Shown: positions 29,258 to 39,250, counted from the first letter of the stretch. The stretch is 64,000 nucleotides of DNA from Planctomycetota bacterium (GCA_039190745.1 JBCCXZ010000001.1:85620-149619); one strand, 5' to 3'. Numbers and translations: made by a program. Notes: generated from the sequence alone by a model not told the origin.

Positions 29258-29367
29258 TCGAGCACTTCTTTGGTGCCATGCCCACGCTTGCGTGGGCAAC
29301 CATCAACCGATTATCGTCATGGCCATGAAGGTGTGGACATAGTCCGGAGCACGGGAAGGAATGGTTT

Positions 29368-30234
29368 GTGGGTACTTTTTCTGAACGAATGGGCATAGTC
29401 GAAGTGCCGGCAATGCTTCAATTGGACGAGATGCCTCCAGCTCTCAAGAACTCACTCTGGAACGTTCTTCTCCTGACCTTCCAAGACAAGAACTGGAGCA
29501 ACTGGAACATAGTTTGTCGACACGCGGCGATTGGCTTCTACAAGGTGCCAGCGGATGAGTTGCCAATGCAAGAACACCAGAGTCTAGATTGGTTCAAGGT
29601 GCGCTTTTTCGCATTGCCCTGGTATCACGTCTACGATCTTGTAGAGTTCATAGTCACGCGACAGACCCTATTCGGTGAGATATCTGGCGGGAAGTCAGAA
29701 ACTCGGCTCCAGATTCTTCTTTCTGGAACCAATCGCGTGTTAGAGGAAGAGAGGGCCGGTTATCGTTTAACGCAAGGTGTATTCGCAGCGATAACAAGTA
29801 ACACTGAAACGGGAGAGATTCAAGAGGCGGTCCAGAACGCCAGTGCTCATGGTGTGCAAGGTGCTTCTACGCATCTTGACACTGCAATTAGGCATTTCAG
29901 CAAGCGACCCGATCCCGATTATCGAAACGCGATTAAGGAAGCAATAAGTGCGGTAGAATCGGCGGCGAAAGTGCTCTCTGGTGAGGCGGCCGGTGGTCTA
30001 GAGTCAGCACTGTCTGCGTTGTCTGAGAAGACAGAGCTTCATAGTGCACTCCGCAGCGCGTTCTGCAAGCTTTACGGTTATACGAGCGATGAGGATGGTA
30101 TCCGGCACGCCATTCTGGAAGAGAAAGACGTTGGGTTTGATGAAGCGAAGTACATGATTGTGTCATGCTCAGCATTCGTGAACTTCCTTATCGCGAAAGC
30201 AGTTAAGGCGGGAGTTATTGAGAGTGGACGGTAA
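29368..30234 (+). CDS. AbiJ-NTD4-like abortive-infection-type protein
   Basis: FSERMG..LKNSLWN, WYHVYDLVEF, DYRNAIKEAISAVES, KLYGYTSDEDGIRHA; visibly AT-richer. Confidence 0.72.
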   Translation: MGTFSERMGIVEVPAMLQLDEMPPALKNSLWNVLLLTFQDKNWSNWNIVCRHAAIGFYKVPADELPMQEHQSLDWFKVRFFALPWYHVYDLVEFIVTRQTLFGEISGGKSETRLQILLSGTNRVLEEERAGYRLTQGVFAAITSNTETGEIQEAVQNASAHGVQGASTHLDTAIRHFSKRPDPDYRNAIKEAISAVESAAKVLSGEAAGGLESALSALSEKTELHSALRSAFCKLYGYTSDEDGIRHAILEEKDVGFDEAKYMIVSCSAFVNFLIAKAVKAGVIESGR

Positions 30235-30317
30235 GTCAGGCGGCTGCAAAACCCATGCTTTCGTTGGTACTCACGACCGGACAGCATAGCGATTCAAGAA
30301 TTGCCATGGCGTACAGG

Positions 30318-32714
30318 TCAGTTGGTTGCCGGTGAGATCAGCAACTCCCGCAACCGCTCCTCAAACGCAACCCACGCTTCTCCTGTTAGGTACTCGTCCT
30401 GCGACACGCTCGATACCGTGCGGCGCTCGCCGGCGCGCACTTCGACCAGCGCGTTGCCCAGCGTGTTGACGGGGGTTTTCTTGAAAGCCTCAGAAGAGAG
30501 CCGACCCAGGTAGAACCGCTCGGCGGTGTCGGCCGTGAGCAGCTCGGCGTCGTCGATCCGGCCCGATTCTTTGAGCGCTAGGCGGCGTTCGGGCAGGCCG
30601 GCCAGGTCGAGCCGACCGGTTTTCATTCCGACCAGCCCGAGCATCGGGTTGTCCGCGTTGTGGTTCGCCCGGATCAGTTCGGCGTCGGGGTACGCCCGCA
30701 AGAAGCTGGCGGCGATGATGGCGAACTGCTCTTCGGTGAGTTGGTACATCGGCAGCCACTGGCAGAAGACGCCACCGTCGCGGAGCGCACGCCGGGCGGC
30801 CGTGAAGTGCTCGACGCTGAACAGCCGGCCCTCGCCGGCGCCGTAGGGGCGGTAGAGGTCGCCGGCGATGACGTCGTACTGGTCGACCGACGCGGCGACG
30901 TAGGTGCGGCCGTCTTCGACCACGGCCCGGGCCTGCGGGTTCTCGAAGAACCGCGCGTTGTAGTCCCCGAAGTGCAGCTGAGCGGCTTCGGCCACCAGCG
31001 GCGAGAGCTCGATGGCGGTCATCTCGCACGACGCGGAGAAGTCGAGGGCGGCGCCGGCAGAGATGCCGGTCGCCAGCCCGACGCAGCAGACCCGCTCGGG
31101 GTTGGGGTGCAGTAGCAGCGGCAGCAGCACTTGGCGCCGCTCGTCGCGCATCGAGCCGCTGCTGCCGAGCAGGTACTGGTTGTTGACGACGATGGCCCGG
31201 CCCCGCGAGCGGCTCTCGGTGACCATCAGCACGCCGTCGCGGCCAAACCGTGTGTCCAGCACTTCGGCGCCTTCGAGGGCCCGCGGGTTCAGGTAGGGGA
31301 TCCTTGGCAGCAGCGATCCGCCGAACGCGAGCGGGGTCGCGAACACGCCGAGGCCGATCGCCGTGCGCACGACGCCGGATCGGGCCCAAGGTCGGAGCAC
31401 CAGCACCGCGGCGGAACCGTAGATCGCACCCACGGCGGCGAAGCCGGCGTAGACGCCAAAGAGCGGCAGGACGGCGAGGTTCGTGAGCTCGGCCCCAACG
31501 ATGCCGCCGACGCCGTTGGCGGCGAGCAGCAGGCCGAGCCGCTCGCCGCGGCTGTCGCCCTCCTCGCTGCCGGTCCAGGCGAAGACGGTTGGCATCACCA
31601 TCCCGCCAAGCAGCAGCGCGGGGCCTACGGTGGTGAAGGCGAGCGCCCCGACCGCGAGCGTGAACCCGAGGGTGGTCGTCGCGAGCGCAGTGGGCAGCAG
31701 GTCTGCGGCGGAGACCTGATACAGCCCGCTGCTGCGGTAGAGCAGCCAGGGGGTGATCGCCGAGGTGATCGCGGCCCCCGCCAGGGCCAGCAGCAGCCAC
31801 CCTTTCGGCGACGAGCGGAACCTGAGAAGCAGTGGGAAGGCAATCGCCGCAACCGCGAGCAGCAGGATGACAACCGCCAGAACTGCGACGGTCGCTTGCA
31901 GCGACGAGGGCACGACCATGCCGAGGAGCCGGATCGCGAGGATCTCGAGCGTGAGCATGGCGGCGCCCGAACCGAACGAAAGCAGGAGCGCGGGGCGGAG
32001 CATGAGCGGCGGTTCGGTTGCGGCGGGTTTTGCGCGGCCGCTCTTCCTGCGGTCTCGCTTCGCCGATCTCGTGGGTTGCGGTTGGGCCGCGGGCGTATTC
32101 TCGGAGCGACGTAAGAACAGCGCAGCGGCGCCGATGGCAAGGTTCACCAGCGCGGCCGCCGCCATGCTGCCTACCACGCCGAACCGTCCCAAGAGCACGG
32201 TGCTGGTGACTAGCAACCCGATGACGCCTCCGAGCGTGTTCACGCCGTACAGCAGCACCCCCTGACGCGACAGTGTGGCCCGGCCGTCTAAGAGCGCTGC
32301 GGCGAAGAAGGGCAGGGTCATGCCCATCGGGATCGCGGGCGGCAGGACCACTACGATGCTCAGCAGCGTCTTGATCGAAGCGCCCTGCCAGCCGACGAGC
32401 CGGTCGGGGCCGAGGGCGGGCCAGATCCAGTCGGTCCACCAGGGCAGCGTCAGCGCGGGGACCGTAAGCAGGGCGATGGCCGCCTCGCAGCAGGCGATGG
32501 CGAGCCAGGCGGACTTGACCTTCGGCAGCAACCTTGCGGCGACGACCCCCCCGATGGCCAGGCCCAGGAAGAAACACCCGAAGACGCGTGAAGTGGCCTC
32601 ACCGGTGGCGCCCATGAGGTCGATCAGCCGCCGGGTCCACAGCAGCTCGTGGGAGAGCGCAGCCGCCCCGCTGAACAGAGCAAGCGTAAGCGTGAGGCGG
32701 GTGAGCTTGGCCAT
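30318..32714 (-). CDS. Multi-TM membrane protein fused to spermidine-synthase-like SAM-binding domain
   Basis: SGAAALSHELLWTR, LYGVNTLGG, VGLATGIS, IELSP, EDGRTY, YDVIAGD, QWLPMYQ. Confidence 0.88.
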   Translation of the reverse strand: MAKLTRLTLTLALFSGAAALSHELLWTRRLIDLMGATGEATSRVFGCFFLGLAIGGVVAARLLPKVKSAWLAIACCEAAIALLTVPALTLPWWTDWIWPALGPDRLVGWQGASIKTLLSIVVVLPPAIPMGMTLPFFAAALLDGRATLSRQGVLLYGVNTLGGVIGLLVTSTVLLGRFGVVGSMAAAALVNLAIGAAALFLRRSENTPAAQPQPTRSAKRDRRKSGRAKPAATEPPLMLRPALLLSFGSGAAMLTLEILAIRLLGMVVPSSLQATVAVLAVVILLLAVAAIAFPLLLRFRSSPKGWLLLALAGAAITSAITPWLLYRSSGLYQVSAADLLPTALATTTLGFTLAVGALAFTTVGPALLLGGMVMPTVFAWTGSEEGDSRGERLGLLLAANGVGGIVGAELTNLAVLPLFGVYAGFAAVGAIYGSAAVLVLRPWARSGVVRTAIGLGVFATPLAFGGSLLPRIPYLNPRALEGAEVLDTRFGRDGVLMVTESRSRGRAIVVNNQYLLGSSGSMRDERRQVLLPLLLHPNPERVCCVGLATGISAGAALDFSASCEMTAIELSPLVAEAAQLHFGDYNARFFENPQARAVVEDGRTYVAASVDQYDVIAGDLYRPYGAGEGRLFSVEHFTAARRALRDGGVFCQWLPMYQLTEEQFAIIAASFLRAYPDAELIRANHNADNPMLGLVGMKTGRLDLAGLPERRLALKESGRIDDAELLTADTAERFYLGRLSSEAFKKTPVNTLGNALVEVRAGERRTVSSVSQDEYLTGEAWVAFEERLRELLISPATN

Positions 32715-33117
32715 GGCGGGAGGCGGGTTCCTAGCGGTCTGGCTCGGTGGAGCGGATAGCGTTCTCAACGTCGCGGCGGGCCAAGCAGCCGTTTAGATCA
32801 CAAATCGCTGCTCGGTGCTACTGGGACGCCAGGTGACCGTTCCGGTACACAAGAAACGACCATCGCCGCGCCTTGCGCAGCTATGGACTGAGGCAAGTTG
32901 TTGGGGAGCGAGACTGCCGCCTGGGAGTCGCAGACAAACGGAGTCGGCGGTCGACGCCCCGCCGCACCGGCGCCACTCGGCGTACGGGGGCGACGCGGCG
33001 GACCGGCGTCGCCAAGCGAGAGGTTGCAACCTAAGCGCGGGCGACCGGGCGGCGGACCGGCGGTTTGGCCACGAACGGGTCGCCCGTGGCGACCGCAGGG
33101 CCGGGTTGTGCCGTGGG

Positions 33118-33882
33118 CTAGGCTGGGCTTCTCTCGAAGAGACCGACATTGTCGAGGGCAGCGGTGAGCTCGAAGCCTTCCCTTCGGATCGTGTCGATGA
33201 TCTGCAGTTGCTTCTCGACGCCGTAGATCTCGGGGTGGAACTCAACGACAGCCGTCCGGATGCAGTCGGGCAGATTCGGCTTGGCGAGCAGCATAGTCTC
33301 TTCGGAGCCCTCGATGTCGAGGACCAAGGCGTCTGGTCGCAGGTTGTGCTCACGCATCACGTCGCTGATGAAGATGCGGTTGTCGCACTCGTTGTCGCTG
33401 GGAGAGTCCGCGACGCCTTCTCCAAAGACGACGGTGCCGCCTAGCGAGCCGCCGGATTCGTCGAAGTCGAAAGAGAGCGGGATGCGCTCCATCAAGGGGA
33501 ATGCGAATCCCGTGAGAATCTCGACGTTGGGGCTGCTGCCCAGCCACTGCGACGAGTACTCGGTGATGGAAGGCGAGGCCTCGACGCTCACAACCCTTCC
33601 CGAGTCGCCGACGAGCTGCTGCAACACAGCCGTGACGATTCCGATAGAGCCGCCGAACTCAAGTACCTGATCGCCCGGTCGTATCGACCGTTTGCAGAGA
33701 GCCCTCTCGGCGAGCTCGTAGCCCTGCGGGTCGCGGCTGAGCAGCCGTTTCACCCCGAAGGAGTACGGTGCATTTCGGATCTGGATGCGGGCGGACTCGA
33801 CCTCGCAACTCTCTGGCCAGACCGATTCCGGCACCAAGTGCTTGAGGAGGAACCTCCGAGCGTAGAGTGCGGACTTGAGCAT
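33118..33882 (-). CDS. FkbM-family SAM-dependent methyltransferase
   Basis: VLEFGGSIG, VVSVEASP, LVLDIEGSE, VVEFHP. Confidence 0.82.
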   Translation of the reverse strand: MLKSALYARRFLLKHLVPESVWPESCEVESARIQIRNAPYSFGVKRLLSRDPQGYELAERALCKRSIRPGDQVLEFGGSIGIVTAVLQQLVGDSGRVVSVEASPSITEYSSQWLGSSPNVEILTGFAFPLMERIPLSFDFDESGGSLGGTVVFGEGVADSPSDNECDNRIFISDVMREHNLRPDALVLDIEGSEETMLLAKPNLPDCIRTAVVEFHPEIYGVEKQLQIIDTIRREGFELTAALDNVGLFERSPA

Positions 33883-33895
33883 TGGTGGTCCTGGG

Positions 33896-35677
33896 TTACT
33901 GATCGAGCTTGATGCCCAGCTCGCGGAGCTGCTTGAGGTCGACCGTGCCGGGGGCCTCGGTCATCAGGTCGGTCGCCTTCTGGGTCTTGGGGAAGGCGAT
34001 CACGTCGCGGATGCTCTCGAACTTGCCGCGGCTGAAGAGCATGACCCAGCGGTCGATGCCCAGGGCGATGCCGCCGTGCGGCGGGGCGCCGTACTGGAGG
34101 GCCTCGAGCAGGAAGCCGAACCGCTCTTTGGCGGTCTCCTCATCGATGCCCAAGAGGCCAAAGACCTGGCTCTGGACGCCGGCGTCGTGGATCCGGATCG
34201 TGCCGCCGCCGGCCTCGCTGCCGTTGATCACCAGGTCGTACGCCTTCGCCCGGCACTTGCCGGGATCGGAGTCGAGCAGCTCGACGTGTTCGTCGAGCGG
34301 GGCGGTGAACGGGTGGTGCATCGCCTGCCAGCGCTTCTCGTCCGCGTCGTACTCGAACATGGGGAACTCGGTCACCCACGAGAAGTGCATCGCCTCTTTA
34401 TCGTAGAGTTGCATCTCGCGTCCGATCTTGGTCCGCAGGGCGTGCAGCACCTTGCAGGTGGCGGCCCAGTCAGCGGCGGAGAAGAGGATCAGGTCGCCTG
34501 GCTCGGCGCCCATCCGCTCGCTGAACTCCTGCAGCAACTCGGGCGTGAAGAACTTGGCGATCGTGCCGCCGAGCGAGCCGTCTTCCTCCACCTTGAACCA
34601 GGCGAGGCCCTTAGCGCCGTGCTCCTTGACGAACTCGGTGAGGGCGTCGATGCCGCGGCGACTGTAGTGGCTCTGGCCGTTCTTGACGCACAGCGCGCGG
34701 ACGGCGCTGCCCTCGGCCTCGGCGACGTTCTTGAACACAGCGAACTCGCTCTTGGCGGCCAGGTCGGTGCAGTCGACGATTTCCAGGCCGAAACGCAGGT
34801 CGGGGGCGTCGTGGCCGAAGCGACGCATCGCCTCGTCGTAGGTCATGCAGGGCAGCGGCGTGGTGACCTCGACGCCCAGCACCTCCTGGGCGAGCTGGGC
34901 GACCAGGCCGTCGATCTCGCCGGTGACGTCGTCCTGCTCGACGAACGACATCTCGAGGTCGAGCTGGGTGAACTCGGGCTGCCGGTCGGCGCGGAGGTCT
35001 TCGTCGCGGAAGCAGCGGGCGACCTGCACGTAGCGGTCGTAGCCAGCGATCATCAGGATCTGTTTGTAGAGCTGCGGCGACTGTGGCAGGGCATAGAAGG
35101 CTCCGTTGTGCACGCGGCTGGGCACGAGGTAGTCGCGGGCGCCCTCTGGGGTGCTGCGGCCGAGGACGGGCGTCTCGACGTCGATGAAGCCGCGCTCCTC
35201 AAAGTAGTCGCGCATGCCCTTCACCAGCCGGGCGCGGAGGAGGATGGCCTCCTGCATCTCGGGCCGCCGGAGGTCGAGGTAGCGGTGCTTCAGGCGGAGG
35301 TCTTCGCCGGGCAGCTCCTTCACGGTGGGGCTCGGCGAGACGGGCGGGGTGAGGCTCTTGTTGAGCAGCTCCAGCTTCGTGACCCGTACTTCGATCGCGC
35401 CGGTCTTCAGTTTGGGGTTGGCCATCCCCTCGGGCCGCGCGGCGACGTTGCCTTCGACGCGGATGACGTACTCGGCACGGAGCACCTTGCTCTCCTCGAT
35501 CACCTCAGCCGACGAGTCGGGCGGGTTGAACACCACCTGCGTCAGGCCGTAGCGGTCGCGGAGGTCGACGAAGAGCCCGCCGCCGTGGTCGCGGTAGGTG
35601 TCGACCCATCCGCAGAGGGTGACGGTTTGGCCGATGGCGGCGTCGGTGAGCTCGCCGCAGGTGTGGGACCTAAGCAC
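33896..35677 (-). CDS. aspS: Aspartate--tRNA ligase
   Basis: RSHTCGEL, STPEGARDY, FRDEDLRADRQPEFTQLD, HHPFT, PPHGGIALGIDR; start GTG 35677. Confidence 0.98.
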   Translation of the reverse strand: MLRSHTCGELTDAAIGQTVTLCGWVDTYRDHGGGLFVDLRDRYGLTQVVFNPPDSSAEVIEESKVLRAEYVIRVEGNVAARPEGMANPKLKTGAIEVRVTKLELLNKSLTPPVSPSPTVKELPGEDLRLKHRYLDLRRPEMQEAILLRARLVKGMRDYFEERGFIDVETPVLGRSTPEGARDYLVPSRVHNGAFYALPQSPQLYKQILMIAGYDRYVQVARCFRDEDLRADRQPEFTQLDLEMSFVEQDDVTGEIDGLVAQLAQEVLGVEVTTPLPCMTYDEAMRRFGHDAPDLRFGLEIVDCTDLAAKSEFAVFKNVAEAEGSAVRALCVKNGQSHYSRRGIDALTEFVKEHGAKGLAWFKVEEDGSLGGTIAKFFTPELLQEFSERMGAEPGDLILFSAADWAATCKVLHALRTKIGREMQLYDKEAMHFSWVTEFPMFEYDADEKRWQAMHHPFTAPLDEHVELLDSDPGKCRAKAYDLVINGSEAGGGTIRIHDAGVQSQVFGLLGIDEETAKERFGFLLEALQYGAPPHGGIALGIDRWVMLFSRGKFESIRDVIAFPKTQKATDLMTEAPGTVDLKQLRELGIKLDQ

Positions 35678-35703
35678 GGGTGCCTCGCTTTGATTTATGG
35701 GGG

Positions 35704-35851
35704 CACCACGGAGGCACGAGGACACGGACGAGAAACAAGTGGGAACACTAATCGACGCTAATCTGCACTAATCTGATTAGTGAAGATCAGTGCTTATTAT
35801 TGTTCCTACCTTTCTCTTGTCTCTTTCTGTGTCCTCTGTGCCTCCGTGGTG
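35704..35851. repeat. Inverted-repeat element CACCACGGAGGCAC.../...GTGCCTCCGTGGTG with internal CTAATC 10-bp repeats
   Basis: Direct reading of the aspS-oleD intergenic region. Confidence 0.7.
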
Positions 35852-35922
35852 AACGCTCTCTTCTCTCGACTCGACCGGGGCGGCCGAAAACCTGGGATTG
35901 TATTTCCCCGGCGTCCCAGCCG

Positions 35923-36927
35923 CTAGGCTTGGGTCTGGAGCCATTGGCCCAGTCGTTCCATGCCTTCTCCGGTAGATACAGTGGGCCGGTACCCGAGGTC
36001 GCGTTCTGCGGCGGCGGTGCTGAACCAGTGGCTGTGGGCGAGCTGGGCGGCGAGGAAGCGGGTCATCGGCGGTTCGCTTTTCAGACCCAGCGTGCGGTAG
36101 GCGAGTTCGCAGGCGTGGCCCAGGCGGCTGGCGGTGCTGAGGGAGATCGACTTCTTGACGGGCGGGACATCGGCGAGAGCGAGGATCTCGTCGATCCACT
36201 GCCAGCAGTTCACCGGCTCGGCCTGGGAGATGAAGTACGCCTTGCCGGCTGCGGCAGGGTTTGGGGCGGCGAGTGCGTTGATCGCAAACAAGTGCGCAGC
36301 GGCGGCGTTCTCGACGTAGACCATCGCCACGCGGTTCGTGCCGTCGCCCACGCGGCGGAGCCGGCCGGACTTCGCGCGAGCGATGAGTCGGGGGATGAGG
36401 TGGTTGTCGCGCGGGCCCCAGATCAGGTGCGGGCGGAGCGCGCAGGTCTTCAGGCCGTCACCATTGGCCACGAGCACCTCGGCTTCGGCCATCGCCTTCG
36501 AGCGGGAGTAGTGGCCGGCGTTTTTGGCGAGCCACTCAGTGCCGTAGGGGACCGACTCGTCGACGCCTTCGTGATCACGGCCGTCGAACACCACGCTTGG
36601 GCTGGAGGTGTAGACCAGCCGGCCGACGCCGTGCTCGCGGCAGGCGGCGAGCACGTTGCGCGTGCCGAGGAGGTTCGTGTCGTGGTAGGGCTGCCACCGC
36701 ATGGCGATGCCGGGCAACGCGGCGGTGTGGACGACGCACTCGCAGTCGGCGACCGCTCGGGAGACGGTATCGGCGTCGGTGACGTCGCCGCGGACGACCT
36801 CGGCGCCGAGCGCTTCCAGCTCCGGGTAGGCGCCACGCGCGAACACGCGCACCGCGTCGCCGCGGGCCAGGAGCTGCTCGACGATGTAGCGGCCGAGGAA
36901 CCCGCCGCCGCCGGTCACGAGAAACAT
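35923..36927 (-). CDS. oleD: NAD-dependent 3-beta-HSD-like reductase, probable OleD
   Basis: VTGGGGFLG, YTSSPSVVF, YSRSK, LRPHLIWGPRD; adjacent to oleC. Confidence 0.8.
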   Translation of the reverse strand: MFLVTGGGGFLGRYIVEQLLARGDAVRVFARGAYPELEALGAEVVRGDVTDADTVSRAVADCECVVHTAALPGIAMRWQPYHDTNLLGTRNVLAACREHGVGRLVYTSSPSVVFDGRDHEGVDESVPYGTEWLAKNAGHYSRSKAMAEAEVLVANGDGLKTCALRPHLIWGPRDNHLIPRLIARAKSGRLRRVGDGTNRVAMVYVENAAAAHLFAINALAAPNPAAAGKAYFISQAEPVNCWQWIDEILALADVPPVKKSISLSTASRLGHACELAYRTLGLKSEPPMTRFLAAQLAHSHWFSTAAAERDLGYRPTVSTGEGMERLGQWLQTQA

Positions 36928-36985
36928 ACGATTGCGGATATCGGATTGCGGAATGCGGATTGGAAGCGGGTGGGGCGTCTCTTGG

Positions 36986-38725
36986 TCATTTAGCCCCGGG
37001 CGACTCGCCCGGGGCTATGTGATTGGAGTACAGCCTGCGGGTCGGATGAGTCTTGGGCCAGTCGTTGGCCAATTCTTTCGCGGCCCATTCGGCCAGTTGT
37101 TCTCGGTTGATCTTCGAGTTGTGGCGTACGTCGACGGGCAGTGATTTACGGATCAAGAACACGTTGATCGACCGTGTGTGCTCGTGCTGCTCTGCCAACG
37201 AGGCGAGTTCTTCCACCAGTGTCGTGCGGATGCTGGATTCTGGTTCCACTACTAACACGGGCGTCTTGCCTTCGGACGGGCCTGTACCCACCAGCGCGGA
37301 TCGCTTCACTCTCGGGTGGGTGTTGAAGACCGCTTCGACGGGGATGGTGAAGAGCGTACCCTCCTTTGTCTCGACACGCTGTGATTTACGGCCGCAGTAC
37401 CAGAAGTACTCTTGGTCGTCGAAGTAGCCGACGTCGCCCATGCGGTGCCAGACGGCGTTGCCGTCGGCGATCTTCGCCAGGTCGTTGGCCCGCTCTGCCA
37501 AGAGATAGTTCGGGCTTACTTGGGGGGCTCGTACGATCAACTCGCCGATCTCACCCGTTGGCAGCTCCTCCACTTCGCTGATGTCCGCGATCGGATCGTC
37601 GGTGATGCGAATGACCTTCCACTCTGCCGAGTCGTACTTGCGGCCGACGCAAACGCCGGCGCCCCTGGTGGTCTTCTCGGCCGTTCCGTTCAGTACTTTC
37701 TTGGCTTCGATCGTGGCGACCGGCAGCGCCTCGGTGGCGCCGTAGGGGGTGTGCATTTCCGCCTCGGGGTGGACGCACTGGAGCGTGCGGTGGAGCACCT
37801 CGGCGGGGACTGGCGCGCCGCAGGAGAAGACGCGGCGGAGTGTGGGGATGCTGTCGCCCGTCCGCTCGCAGTGGCGGCTCAGCTTGTCCCACACCGCGGG
37901 GGAGGCGAAGGCGTTGGTCACCCGCCAATCGTTGGCCGCGGCGAGCAGGTTCTTGCACTCGGCCGACGCGGGGCGCGAGAAGTCCATCTTGGGGAAGACG
38001 GTCGTCACTCCCATCGCCGAGTTGAACAGCCCGAACAACGCGAAACAGGAGAGGTCCACCCCGCCGGCGGCGAGGCCGTACTGGTGCTGGATGTCGGCCG
38101 CTTGCTGGTCGAACATCCGGTGCGTGTAGAGCACGCCCTTGGGCGGGCCGGTGCTGCCGGAGGTGAAGATGATCGCGGCGGGGGCGTCGGCGGCCGTGGC
38201 CGGCAGCGGCGTGGAGGAGTTCATCCCATCGCGGAGCAGTTGGCCATAGGTCGACCCGCCCCAGAACCAGCGGCGGCCGACGGTGACGTTCAGCTTGGCT
38301 TGGGGGAACCGCTGCCGCAGCACCGTGCGGACCGCCTGGGCGGGGCTGATCGCAACGAAGCCGGCCGGCTCGACCGACGCCAGGCACCGCAGCAGGTGCT
38401 GGCGGCCCATGCCGGGGTCGATCATCACGGTGGTCGCCCCCGAGCGGAGCAGGGCGAACACGAGCTTCACAAACTCCACGCCCGGCTTCACGAGCAGCGC
38501 GAGCCGCGTCTGCGGCGTGACGCCGAGGTCGACCAAACCGCGTGCGAGGGCGGTTGCGTCGCGGTCGAGCTCGGCAAAGGTACAGGTGCGGTAAGAGTTG
38601 TTGCCCGCGGGTGTGTCCCCGCCGGGGTGCGCAACGGCGATCGCATCGGGCGACGCCGCGGCGACCGCGGCGAGGCGGTCGGCGACGTTGACGGCAGGGG
38701 CTTCGAGGGTCGCGGGGCTGGCCAT
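36986..38725 (-). CDS. oleC: AMP-dependent ligase, probable OleC beta-lactone synthetase
   Basis: IDPGMG, FTSGSTGPPKG, TPYGATEALP, WHRMGDVGY, CGRKSQRV, LPVDVRHNSKINRE. Confidence 0.82.
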   Translation of the reverse strand: MASPATLEAPAVNVADRLAAVAAASPDAIAVAHPGGDTPAGNNSYRTCTFAELDRDATALARGLVDLGVTPQTRLALLVKPGVEFVKLVFALLRSGATTVMIDPGMGRQHLLRCLASVEPAGFVAISPAQAVRTVLRQRFPQAKLNVTVGRRWFWGGSTYGQLLRDGMNSSTPLPATAADAPAAIIFTSGSTGPPKGVLYTHRMFDQQAADIQHQYGLAAGGVDLSCFALFGLFNSAMGVTTVFPKMDFSRPASAECKNLLAAANDWRVTNAFASPAVWDKLSRHCERTGDSIPTLRRVFSCGAPVPAEVLHRTLQCVHPEAEMHTPYGATEALPVATIEAKKVLNGTAEKTTRGAGVCVGRKYDSAEWKVIRITDDPIADISEVEELPTGEIGELIVRAPQVSPNYLLAERANDLAKIADGNAVWHRMGDVGYFDDQEYFWYCGRKSQRVETKEGTLFTIPVEAVFNTHPRVKRSALVGTGPSEGKTPVLVVEPESSIRTTLVEELASLAEQHEHTRSINVFLIRKSLPVDVRHNSKINREQLAEWAAKELANDWPKTHPTRRLYSNHIAPGESPGAK

Positions 38726-38770
38726 CGGGCCATTGTGGCGGATCGGGGCCCCGCCCGCGAGCGGCCTGGT

Positions 38771-39250
38771 CTACATCACCGAGTCTTTGATTAGCAGCAG
38801 CTGCTCACTAGCCATCTGCCCGAACTCTTTGAACGAGATCAGATTCTGCCCGACGCCCTCGTTGACGATGCCCATTTGGCAGAGGCCGTAGCGGGCCACG
38901 GCGAACTGGGCGATTGCCCAGCGGGCGATCGTGAACTGCGCCAGGCTGAACATGCCGATGCCGAACTGGGAGATGTTCACCAACCCCACCCCGAACTGGC
39001 CGATGGCGACTACGCCTTTAGCGACCACCGGCCTGGAACATATCTGGCCCGGTTGCTTGCGGTACTTGAAGGCAATGTGCAGCAGCGGGATGCCGAAGAT
39101 TGCGGCCTTCGATTTGTACTCGAAGCCGTAGGAAAGCCGCTTCTTGGCCGGGAGAGCGACCCCACACTGGGGGCAGATGGCCGCGTTGACGCTCACGCGG
39201 TGGTCGCAGTCGCGGCATTGGACCATCTTCGTGGCGGCGGTTGCGGTCAT
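38771..39250 (-). CDS. Zn-ribbon protein with five hydrophobic decapeptide repeats
   Basis: CRDC...CPQC; FEYKSKAAIFGIPLLHI; repeated xxxxxQFxxx. Confidence 0.75.
   Translation of the reverse strand: MTATAATKMVQCRDCDHRVSVNAAICPQCGVALPAKKRLSYGFEYKSKAAIFGIPLLHIAFKYRKQPGQICSRPVVAKGVVAIGQFGVGLVNISQFGIGMFSLAQFTIARWAIAQFAVARYGLCQMGIVNEGVGQNLISFKEFGQMASEQLLLIKDSVM

Noticed and set aside
33875..35761. Long antisense/alternate-frame ORFs (e.g. 33875-35761+, 7080-9017-, 30490-32577-, 42339-43922+)
   Set aside because: Shadow ORFs of clear genes caused by high-GC codon bias; no motifs of their own
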